64,000 bases of DNA. It comes from Malacoraja senta. Lineage: Eukaryota. The notes beneath the pieces were generated by a model, which saw only the letters and a program-made list of their open reading frames with translations, made no database searches and was not told where the DNA came from. Made by a program: the position numbers and the translations under genes. The stretch spans positions 19,594,001-19,658,000 of the forward strand of contig CM075987.1 of the NCBI GenBank assembly GCA_038087875.1. Direction: 5' to 3'. Of this stretch, positions 25,001-34,800 are shown piece by piece; the first letter of the stretch is position 1, and every line of letters begins with the position of its first letter.

Positions 25001-28000
25001 GGAAGAAAGTTTGCAACACATACATCAATGTTCATTAAACGCCAGACATTCTCTAATACAATTTAAAGTAATACATAGGTTACATTATTCAAAAACAAAA
25101 CTACATAAAATCTTTCAACATATCTCACCTATATGTGATAAATGTCAACATTTAGAAGCTACCTTATCTCATATGTTTGCAAACTGTATAAAAATTAAAA
25201 AATTCTGGGTAAATATTTTCAGTATAATATCTAAAATAACCAGCACACAATTGGACCCAGATCCAAAATTAAAAATACTTGGAATATTAGAATTAAATCA
25301 AACATTTAGAACAACACAAAGAAACTTTATTGATTATAGTTTAATAACAGGAAAAAAATTAATTCTAAAATTTTGGAAAGGCCCTACGACCCCCACAATC
25401 AAAATGTGGATTATAGAAATGACGGAGACCTTAAACGTGGAAAGAATCAGATTCTCCCTGTTGGACAAACAGGAATTATTCGTTGGAACATGGTCTCCTT
25501 TTATTGATTACTTAAAGGGTCAGAACAGTTCAGCACAGGAACCTGACTAGCACTCGGGCTAAAGAATGGATGAAATGCTATACTTAGAAATGTACGAATA
25601 TATCTCGAATGAAGTTTTTTATTTTAATAAATTTTTCCATTCTTCTTTAACTATCTTTTTCCTTTTTTTGTTTTTGTTTTTGTTTTTGTTTTTTTTGTTT
25701 TTTGTTTTTGTTTTTTGTTTTTTTTGTTTTTGTTTTTCTTCTCTTTCTTTTCTTTCTTTACTTCATCTATCTCTTTAGTTCTATTTAGTTTAAAAAAAAA
25801 AAAAAGGCAAAAGGTATTGGAGACAATGTAATAATAATTGAAAATATTATCAATTTAAAAATGTAAGACTGTAATGATGTAAATAGGTTGTGTACGTATC
25901 TCCAATAAAAAATATTTTCAAAAAAAAAAAAAAGAAACTAAAGGATCACCTATGCTGAGCAGAGCGGTGAGAAGGCAGTATCCCTACAGGCGAAATGTGG
26001 TGCTGGAGAAGGAACAATCCTATCATTCTCGTATACACGTTGACGTGCTGCACCAAGGATACGTGGAGGTTACAATGTGCCTACTAGAAGGGGACAACAA
26101 CTGCCGGTGGCAAACCCCGAGGTTACGGGGCTTGGTCTGGTAAGAAACACAACAAATGTTTCACACTCACAAATAGGGGGAAGGTTACGATTCTTCCTAA
26201 AAGAATGGCAATCAATAACAAATGATTCATTTATTCTATGTAGTATTGTAGGATTCAAAATTGAGTTCTCTCCACGTTTGGATCCTCCAATTCAGCATAA
26301 TTCAAACTGGTCACGGATTTTTCTCAAAGGAAGAGAATGGGTTGATCAAAGGAGAATTGAAAAACTTTATGCAGAAAAGGATGATATAAATGTCAGGAGA
26401 ACAACACCATCAGTTTGTGTCAAATATTCTCCTAGGAATATTCTCCTAGAAAAGGGATGGTGGACATAGAATCATTTCCGATCTGACAAATCTTAACCTT
26501 TATGTATAATAGAAACATTTCAAAATGGTAACATTTACTAATGCCATTTAGCTAGTCACAAAGAATTGCTATAAGGCAAGCATAGATCTGCAAAATGCAT
26601 ATTATTCTGTGGCAATGCATGGTAATGATCAAAGATATTTGAAATTTAGATGGATGAGTCAGTTATGGCAATTTAAAGCACTGCCCAATGGTCTGATTTC
26701 AGCACCAAGATTATTCACTAAATTGCTCAAACCAAATTTTAGCTCTGTTAAGAGCTGAGGGCCATGTATTAATGGCTTATTTAGATGATATCCTCATTGT
26801 AGGGGACACTTTGGCTGCTGCAAAATTGTCAGTATCCAGAGTCAAATACATTTTGAGAAATTAGGTTTCATTATTCACCTACAAAAATCTAAATTGTTAC
26901 CAAGCAAAAAGATTGATTACCTAGGTTTCACAATTAACTCCGAACACATGGTAATCACTTTGCCAAAAGATAAAAAGCTGCAGTTAATTGAAAGTTGCAT
27001 AAAACCCATTAACGAGGACACACCTTCAATTAGAGAAGTGGCAAGCTTGCTAGGCAAATTAATTGCAGGGTTTCCAGCGGTCACGTTTGGACCATTACAT
27101 TATCAATGTTTACAGAGATCTAAGGTACAAGTGTTAAAAATGAATAGAGGGCATTTTGATAGCCCCATGAAATTAACAATTCAATCCATTACAGAAATAG
27201 AATGGTGGATTAACAATGTTTCTAATGCTTCCAGAAAAGTTCTGGTAGAAACACCTTCCGTCACTCTACAGACTGATGTAAGTGTGCTGAGTTGGGGCGC
27301 TACTAACATGATTTCCAGCTGTGGAGGTAGGTGGAATGTGAATGAAGTACCTTTGCTGGAAAATCTGGGAATCAATTATCTAGAGCTATTAGGCGCATTT
27401 TACGGCCTTAGAGCTTATTGCACTGATATGGGAAATGTGCATGTTCAGGTACAGGTTGACAATACTACAGCTGTAGCATACATAAATCACATGGGTGGTA
27501 TAAAATCAGAATCATGTGATAAATTGGCAAATGAAATTTGGACCTGGGGTATTGCCAGAAAAATTTGTCTGTCAGCAATATATTTACCAGGTAAAAATTA
27601 ATACAATTGCAGACAAAAGATCACGTAAATTTAATGACAATACAGAATGGATGTTAAATCGGAAAATATTCACACAAATTATCACACAATTTGGAATGCC
27701 AGAAATTGATCTGGTTGCATCAAGATTGAACCACCAGTTGACTAAGTATGTGTCATGGGAACCTGATCCTGGAGCAGTAGTGGTGGATGCTTTCTCGCTA
27801 CATTGGGGTGGTATGTTTCTGTATGCTTTTCCACCATTTTGTTTAATCCACAAATGCATACAGAAAATTAAACAAGATTCAAGCCTCAGGGATTTTGGTA
27901 GTACCAGATTGGCCTACACAGGTATGGTACCCACTGGTGTTAAAAATGATCAAAAAAACCCTTATGGTTATTCCAAAGCGGATTAAACTGCTTGTACACC

Positions 28001-31000
28001 CTGTGACTAATGAATCACATCCTTTACATAATCGTATTGGTTTGTTGATTTGCAGATTCTAAGAAGGCATATCTTGGAAAAGGATTATCGGACCGTACGG
28101 TGGATGTTATGACAGCAGCCTGGAGGAATAGTACCCAGAAGCAGTACATTTCCTATATAAAGAAATGGGAGGTGTTTTGTTCAGGAAAGAATATTGCATA
28201 TAACACAGTAGAAATTTCAGATGTAATAGAGTTTCTTTCAACTCTACACTATGAATTGAAATTAAGTTATAGTGCAATTAATACTGCACGGTGCACTCTC
28301 TGCATATTTAAGCAGTGAATCAGAACAAACTCCAATTGGAGAACATCCAATTTATGAAAGGAATTTTCAACTCTAATCCTCCCAGACCCAGGTATACAAA
28401 AATTTGGAATGTAAAAGATGTACTGATGTTCCTAAGGAGTTGGAATCCAGTTGAAACCCTGTCATTATCCAAAATTACCATGAAATTGGTTATGCTCATG
28501 GCATTAGTTTCAGCGCAGAGAGTTCAAACATTACAGAAACTCAGAATTGATAGAATGAAAGTAGGGCAAAATGCCGTGACATTCTATGTCTATGATTTAC
28601 TGAAGCAAAGTAGACCTGGGTCCACAGGATGCAAGTTGGAATTTTTAGCATTACCTACAGATTCACGACTGTGTAGTAACATATGTGAAATGTTACATAG
28701 AAACAACAAAAGTTTTAAGAGAAGGCGAATTGGCATTTTTTATTAGTCATAAAAAGCCTCATAAGAAAGTATCAACACAAACAATTTCACGATGGTTGAA
28801 ACAGGTGTTGAGATATTCAGGTATTGATACTGATAAATTTAAATCTCATTCCACGAGGGCGGCATCAACATCAGCGGCCAGGGATTCAGCGTGCCAATAG
28901 ACCTTATTCTCGCGGCCGCAGGATGGGCAAGTGAACAGATGTTTCACAAGTATTACCACAAGGAGATTAAAGATCTCAGAGGGTTTGGTGATGCCGTGCT
29001 GGATACAGTATTAAATTCCCCATTATAAATGGGCCTAATTTTTGTTATTTTTATTAAAATAAATAAAACCATTAACTGATTACATTCAAATGTTGTGGTT
29101 ATGCATTGTTGATTGTGCTTACTCAAATAGAGTCAATCGATGCAGTGAACACCTGGATTTGAATCCACGGTGTGAAATCACAGAGCTTTGAAATCTTCAC
29201 GTAGTCACTCACGTGACTCCGAAGTAAAATAGTGAGATTAAACGAGAACTTACCAAGTTTGAAGTTTGATCTTTATTTTATGAGGAGTAACGTTGAGGGA
29301 TTACGTGCCCTCCGCTCCCACCCTCATAAAAGGATCAAGCTGGTAGTTCTAAGTCTTTATGCATCTTACTATCATACTTCAGTAATTATCGTCTGTGATT
29401 GTCACTCCGCTGCTTTGAAAGATTGACGCGTGTGCGGCTGGACGGGGCTTCTTCACGTAATCCCTCAACGTTACTCCTCATAAAATAAAGATCAAACTTC
29501 AAACTTGGTAAGTTCTCGTTTAATCTCACTATTAAAATGCACAACTCGCTGCTGATATCCAACACTCTCTATGCTACCCTTCACGTTTTGATTCTTTAAC
29601 TGCAAGGAGCATTGCCCCACACAAAATATCCCATCTAGCAATTTAAAATGTATCCATTCTCTGATGTTACCTTATAGTGGCTGAGATATTCAGGGTGAGG
29701 GAAGTGCAAAGTGGAGATAAACTGATGAACATATGCACTCTGCATTCCATTTGTGTAAATGTTCTCAGCTATTATTTTACTAATTAGGTTTTTGCCTGTC
29801 CCGGTCCAGCCATGAAGAGACAAAGCTAGAGGTTTTTTAGGGTTTGGATTTGTGAAGAAACTATTGACAGCCTTCAAAACAACTTGCTTGGCAATATGTT
29901 GTCCAAATAGTTTGTTATCCAAGTCCATCTTCAAACCTGGTTATGGAAATAAAAGGTTCAGATTATCACACAAAGAACAAAATTCTTTCAAATGCAGAGT
30001 TTTACAACTGATACACATTTTCCACATTTTTAGTGCAGAGCTGAAGGGATGTTAAACATTTGGAGATATTGCCACTCCATCAGTACATAAAGCGAAGGCA
30101 CTTTGCTTTCTAATGTGGACATCACAGATCCCAAAGCATGAGGAAAGGGGGAATTATCCCTTGTGTCCTGGCCAATGTCTACCCTTAAGCAATGACCGAG
30201 TCATGATGCTCTTTGGTGCATATTTATTTTACACAAATTGGCTGGCATATGAAGCAGGTTTCTAATAGAAGCCATATTTTATTGGTTAATGAACCACTTT
30301 GAGATAGCCCAAGGATATGAGAACCACTATACAATTTATTATTTTACTTCCTGTATATCTCTGCCTCGTATAGAACATGCCTCAGTTGTAACAATTGCAG
30401 GAGCTGATACTGAACAATTTTCATTGCTTAAATGATGCGATTCATTGCTTAAAAATGAAAGCATCCTATTAATGTGAAGTGCTTCAGTCCGAGTACAGTC
30501 CAATAAAAACACAATCAATACTCCACCCAATGTCAAGTCAAGTCAAGAGAGTTTATTGTCATGTGATAGGACAGATAGGACAATGAAATTCAGCCCGTTC
30601 GCAGAGCTCGGATTCAGCTGCGGGACGTACTTACCATCACCTGGCGGGGTCCCAACATCGAAAGCCTGGATCGCCTCAGCGCAAAGGGAGAACAAGGAGA
30701 GAAGAGACAAGGACTTAAGACTTTTGCCTTCCATCACAATGAGGAGGTGCATGGTAGACTCACTGTGGTGGATGTTAAATCTGTGTTTATTGTGTGTTTT
30801 GTTATTTTATTCTATGTTATGACTGCAAGGCACGAAACACGCAAACTCCATACAGACAACAACCACAGGGTGTGGAAGTACAATCTCATTTTAGAATTAC
30901 TGATAACTAGATCCACCATCTCAGACAAATAAATGAGGATCACAGCCAGAATCTAGCAATTAGACAGGCGCATGGATTTGCAGGGAATGGAGGGATATGG

Positions 31001-31663
31001 GTTACGTGCAGGCAGAGGAGATTAATTTAACCCAGCATCAATGTTCAGCATGGATATTGTGGGCTTTAGGGCCTGTTCTTGTGCTGTATTGTGTTATGTT
31101 CTGTGAGCATTGGAGGTCAGGAGAGACCTAATAGAAGTATATGAGAGGCTTCCTGTGGTGTACTGTTTTATTTATTTATTACATTATTATAGAAACAACA
31201 TTAGATCAATGACCACTTTTCACTCTCCACTCATCAAAAGAGACAAATAAAGTTAAGATTAAGGAAATCAATTTCTTCTCCCTATTATTTAGGGTCAAGT
31301 TATTACTGGCTTATTACTGGATTTGTATCCAAATCTGAATTTGCATTGTAATTCCCATCAGCAAATATGTGTTGTGCATTGTTCATTGTCACAACTACCC
31401 CGGAGAAAGCAGACGTGTTGTAAGGTGGCCTTTGCAATCTGCATGTAAAAGTCCTGTGGATGCAGCACACATAAATAGCCGGTGTATGTTAACGTGACGG
31501 TGAGACGTCACGACCATTTACCTGTCAGGTTGAGTTTCACGCCCTCGTCGTCACAACACTCGTGGAACTTGCAGTACAGTTTGGGGAAGAGGCCGCTAAG
31601 AATAGTGGGCATCGCAGGAGTGGACAAGAGCATGAGCAGCACAGCCCGGACCATCACCTTCAT
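12845..31663 (-). CDS. tor1: Torsin-1 family ER AAA+ ATPase (TOR1A/TOR1B-like), 5 coding exons, 317 aa
   Basis: Exons 31522-31663, 29671-29936, 16163-16338, 14368-14495 and 12845-13086 have GT-AG boundaries and consistent phases (954 nt total). Internal exons of 266/176/128 nt match vertebrate TOR1 structure. Signal peptide, Walker A GWTGTGKN, Walker B IFDEMDK, sensor-2 GCK. Confidence 0.93.
13908..14188 (-). mobile_element. tRNA-derived SINE (V-SINE/HE1-like)
   Basis: Minus-strand head GGCGGCACAGTGGCGCAGC, central GGTTTCCTCCCACATTCCAAAG, (CTAAA)n tail; similar to 59579-59893. Confidence 0.7.
14368..14495 (-). CDS. tor1: torsin-1-like exon 4
   Basis: aacag|C CAG GCA ... AAC A|gtaagt, 128 nt; [30 protein letters not shown]. 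Confidence 0.9.
14540..14810 (+). mobile_element. Old CR1-like LINE 3' fragment
   Basis: Degenerate match to the CR1 ORF2 end/3' UTR (GGCATAGGCTTAAGGTGAGAGGGG...TGGAATGAGCTGCCAGAGG). Confidence 0.6.
15198..15590 (+). mobile_element. Degenerate SINE carrying an inserted CR1 3' tail (~15359-15455)
   Basis: GGGCAGCACAGTGGC head; the insert is nearly identical to the CR1 3' UTR at 42797-42890. Confidence 0.55.
16163..16338 (-). CDS. tor1: torsin-1-like exon 3
   Basis: ttag|GAG ... CTG AG|gtaa, 176 nt; [27 protein letters not shown]...KAIFIFL. Confidence 0.93.
19698..20729 (+). CDS. L1 ORF1p (coiled coil, RRM, CTD), intact
   Basis: [33 protein letters not shown] and LLYPARL motifs; first ATG at 19698. 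Confidence 0.9.
   Translation: MSLQRTPTRVTQKKAVKGKLQTEEEGPTEASASVTTTAQEDLPKKIKQKKSEMEDLKTFLVAELKTFGENFKEELYSFKVDFKAEMLSTVQQILEIWKRTREEEVKDQMEALEARLVSVEANVNMDVAPIHHELDQHRTAITELEKWAATSAETVSRLLTENQRLSDMVIKLSDICTDLEGRQRRKNLRIVGVKEGSEREMGSRDFVADLLQKALKLDHKPSLGRAHRAQRRRTQDDAHPRQIIVKVQLDHEFDDIMKKIVRGGQLLFEGVRFSIYRDYPAEVFKKRALFTETKRILKNVPGLRYGLLYPARLRVTYKSKEQFFTDHEKALEYAKEIGNMTVD
21730..25550 (+). pseudogene. L1 ORF2p (APE endonuclease, RT, C-terminal CCHC); 2 frameshifts and 1 nonsense codon
   Basis: [43 protein letters not shown]. Frame breaks at T10 (22114-22123) and A9 (23201-23209); TAA at 24969-24971. Confidence 0.92.
26077..28062 (+). pseudogene. DIRS RT / RNase H / adenine-methyltransferase-like ORF, frameshifted
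   Basis: [16 protein letters not shown] at ~26778, [42 protein letters not shown]...DAFS...YAFPPF. Confidence 0.85.
28063..29028 (+). pseudogene. DIRS tyrosine recombinase, frameshifted
   Basis: [46 protein letters not shown]. Confidence 0.85.
29671..29936 (-). CDS. tor1: torsin-1-like exon 2
   Basis: ccag|GT TTG ... AAG|gtaac, 266 nt; LFGQHIA...[18 protein letters not shown]...LHFPH. Confidence 0.95.
31522..31663 (-). CDS. tor1: torsin-1-like exon 1 (coding part)
   Basis: [14 protein letters not shown] signal peptide, LYCKFHECC motif, ACA G|gtaaat donor, CpG-rich context. Confidence 0.88.
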
Positions 31664-31859
31664 GTTTTCGGTTTCCTGGCGTCCGCCCCCAAACAGGCGA
31701 CGAGGCACAAGACCCCGCCTCAGCGCAGCGGCCAGCGAACCCTGACAACCCGGCGGAAGAGCAGGCGTCGTCACATCCGCCCCTCTGACCTTTCCCCACC
31801 AACCCTCAGCCAGACATGTTTGTGAGGGGCATCCACACAGGCAGGAATATGGTGCTGAC
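31664..31859 (-). promoter_or_regulatory. CpG-rich torsin 5' UTR/proximal promoter remnant
   Basis: Locally GC/CpG-rich, GC boxes (CCGCCC at ~31683 and ~31777), bounded by the Gypsy TSD. Confidence 0.5.
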
Positions 31860-34800
31860 TATCGAATTATTCTTATAATGAGGCTCGTACAACGACGTAA
31901 TCGGAGTCTGTCTTTATTTAGCAACTCACTACAGCAGCTGCCTCGTGCTGCATCCCCGGGCCCTGCTGCTAGGCCTCTCTCCGGTTACGCCCACAGCCCC
32001 ACCTTCAGGCCGGATGCCGTCACTGCAGCCTGACCACTGGCAGCAGAATAAAGGCATTCCTTACTCTATTATTCCATAATACCACATCTCCCTTTCTTTG
32101 AGAACAAAGGGTGGACTACCTTTGTCTCTGCAGGTCTTAAGGGGTTTATTCTGCCCTTTTGCTGAAAGACCTGTCCCTGATCAAATAAATCAATAAATCA
32201 CCAATCAAGTCTCTGCGGCTTTCTAACCTCTCTCCCACACCTGGTCCGCACAGGCTCTGTGGTGGGGCCCTCTCTGCTGGGTGATGTTGTCACTGGTGGA
32301 GCTGGCTCTGGTGTAGGTGAATCTTCTCCCACCGGTGGCTCATCAGCATCGACTACCCCACTGTTGGTCTGCAGCGGCACCAAGTGATGCCGGTTCCTCC
32401 TCAGTGTGCCCTGAGGCACCTGGACGATATAAGAGCGAGGGGTGTTGTGTGTAGATAGCACTGTGCCCTGGACTCGTGCATCGGTGATCCACACATCCTC
32501 CCCAGGTACGAGTGGCTCCAGGTTTCTCGCTCCGTGCCTCTTGTCGAAGGATCTTGCGTCGTTCCTCCTCTTCTCCCTTTCTTTGGCCCCCAGCGCGTTG
32601 TAGTCAGGCAAAACTGGATTCAGCAGGGTTGGAAGGGCAGGAACTGTAGTGCGGAGGCGGCGCCCCATCAACAGCTCGGCCGGGCTATAGCCGTTCTGTA
32701 GAGGGGTTGCTCTGTAGGCCAGCAATGCAAGATATGGGTCTGATGCCTTTGTTAGCAGGTTTTTCACGGTTTGTACAGCGCGTTCCGCCTCCCCATTGCT
32801 CTGAGGAAACTTGGGGCTGCTCGTGATGTGCACAAAGCCATACTCTGCTGCAAAGGCTTTAAAGTGGCTACCTGAGAACTGGGGCCCATTGTCACTTTTA
32901 AGAAATTCCCCAATTCCATGACGACAAAACATGGATTTCAGGTGCACCACCACATCTGTGGACCTTGTGTGTGTCAGCAGCGCAACTTCCACATACCTTG
33001 AGAAATAATCTACTACTAGTAGATAAGTCTTGTTTTTCAGCGTGAACAGGTCAGCTCCCAAGGTTTGCCAAGGCCTGTCTGGCATCTCCGTTGGCATCAG
33101 CGGCTCTTTGACGTTCCTTCTCTCTTGGATGCAGGTTCTACATTTCAGCACCATGTCATTCAGCTGGCTGCTGAGTCCTGGCCACCATACCGTCTGTTTG
33201 GCCCGGCCCCTGCACTTTGTCACCCCCAGGTGTCCCTCATGTAGTCTCTGCAGCACATCACCTTGTAAGGCTGTTGGGATGACGAGTCTCGTGCCCCGCA
33301 GCAGCAGCCCATCGTGCACAGTCAGCACTGCTCTATCAGCCCAGTAATGTCTCAGCACTCCCTGCAGTTGGCTTTTGTCGGGCCACCCGTCTGTGCAGTA
33401 CTCCATCAGTGCAGAGCATGTGCTGTCTGCCTTCAGGTGCTCACGTAGGCTGCTCAGATAATCTCCACTGACAGGAATGTTGCTGATGACAGAGTCTACA
33501 TAGATGTTGGTGTCCTCTAATAGGCTTATGTCTGTGTGTGCTCTTGCGGCTCTCAGAGGAGCACGAGATAAGGTGTCGGCTGTCCACAGGCTTTTGCCAG
33601 GGACATGATTGACTGTATAGTTGTACCTCATGAGTCTCATCCTAAATCTTTGGATTCTTGGTGGGACGTCATCCAAAGCTTTCCTTCCCAGCAGACTCAC
33701 CAACGGCTTATGGTCAGTTTCCAGCTCAAATGGTCTTCCCAGGATGAAACAGCTGAACCTTTCACATGCCCACGTTGCAGCCAATGCCTCCTTCTCTACT
33801 TGAGCATAGCGCTGCTCTGTTGGCGTCATTGACCTGGACGCATATGCCACAGGTGACCACATGGCATCGCTCTTCTGCAGCAGGACTGCCCCCAGGCCAA
33901 AGGAAGAAGCATCAGCAGAGATCTTTAAAGCACTGTTTGGGTTGTATAATGTGAGCACTGGTGTGGATGACAGCTCTGTTTTTAACTGATCAAAGGCGGC
34001 CTGCTGCTCTGTCCCCCAGTACCAGTGGTTCTTCTTGGACAGCAGGTCTCGTAGCACTTTGTCTTTTTCAGCCAGGTTAGGCAAGAAGCGGCCCAGCTGA
34101 TTGACCATGCCCAGAAAACTCCTGAGTTCGCTGACATTTTTGGGTGCATCCATCTCTTGTACTGCTCTCGTCTTCTCTGGATCTGGCTTCACTCCATCTG
34201 CTGAAATCACATGACCCAGGAATCTGACTGTGTGGCGTGTGAGCTCACATTTGTCCATGTTGAGCGTAATGCCGGCCTTTTGTGCCTTCTTTAGCACCGC
34301 ATGTAGCCGCACATCATGCTCCTCCTGCGTCTGTCCCCAGACCAGGATGTCGTCCATGTGACACAGTACCCCCTCCAGGCCACCGGTCACTTCTGTCACC
34401 ATCATCCTTTGAAAGTGCTCGGGGGCTGATGCTATGCCAAAGGGTAGACGGTTAAAATAGTAGCGCCCATAAGGCGTGATGAAGGTGGTGTATTTGGCAG
34501 ACTCTTTTGTCAATGGTACTTGCCAAAAGCCCATGTTGGCATCTAATTTGCTGAAGACTGTTGCGCCAGCTAGCATGCCCAGAGTGTGCTCGACAGAAGG
34601 CAGGATAAACTTTTCTCTGCATACTGATTCATTCATCATTGTGAAATCCACACAAATGCGAACATCACCTGCTTTTTTCGGCACCACCACCATCCCGGCA
34701 CACCAATCAGTCGGCTCCTCAATCTTGGTGATTACGCCCATCTTCTCCATACGGTCTATCTCCTCCTTCACTTTTCCCATAAGCGGCAGAGGGACTCTGC

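Larger units (their letters stand above)
19548..25930 (+). mobile_element. Full-length L1-clade LINE
   Basis: Starts GACTTCCGG; ORF1, ~1 kb spacer, ORF2, AATAAA (25904-25909) and poly(A). TSD AAAGAAACTAAAGGAT at 19532-19547 and 25931-25946. Confidence 0.95.
18072..29533 (+). mobile_element. DIRS1-type tyrosine-recombinase retrotransposon (degenerate ORFs), interrupted by L1
   Basis: Left ITR 18072-18134, right ITR 29424-29533, internal complementary region 29194-29307, ATT at both ends. RT, RNase H, MT and YR remnants. Confidence 0.93.

Noticed and set aside
25620..25806. Hydrophobic Phe-rich ORF
   Set aside because: T-rich low-complexity 3' UTR of the L1.
29194..29533. Long inverted repeat as a structured ncRNA or terminator
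   Set aside because: Fully explained as the DIRS ICR paired with the right ITR.
31664..31774. N-terminal extension of torsin from the upstream in-frame start (ORF 31508..31774)
   Set aside because: It would bury the signal peptide behind ~37 polar residues. The ATG at 31663 (AACATGA) gives a normal torsin N-terminus.
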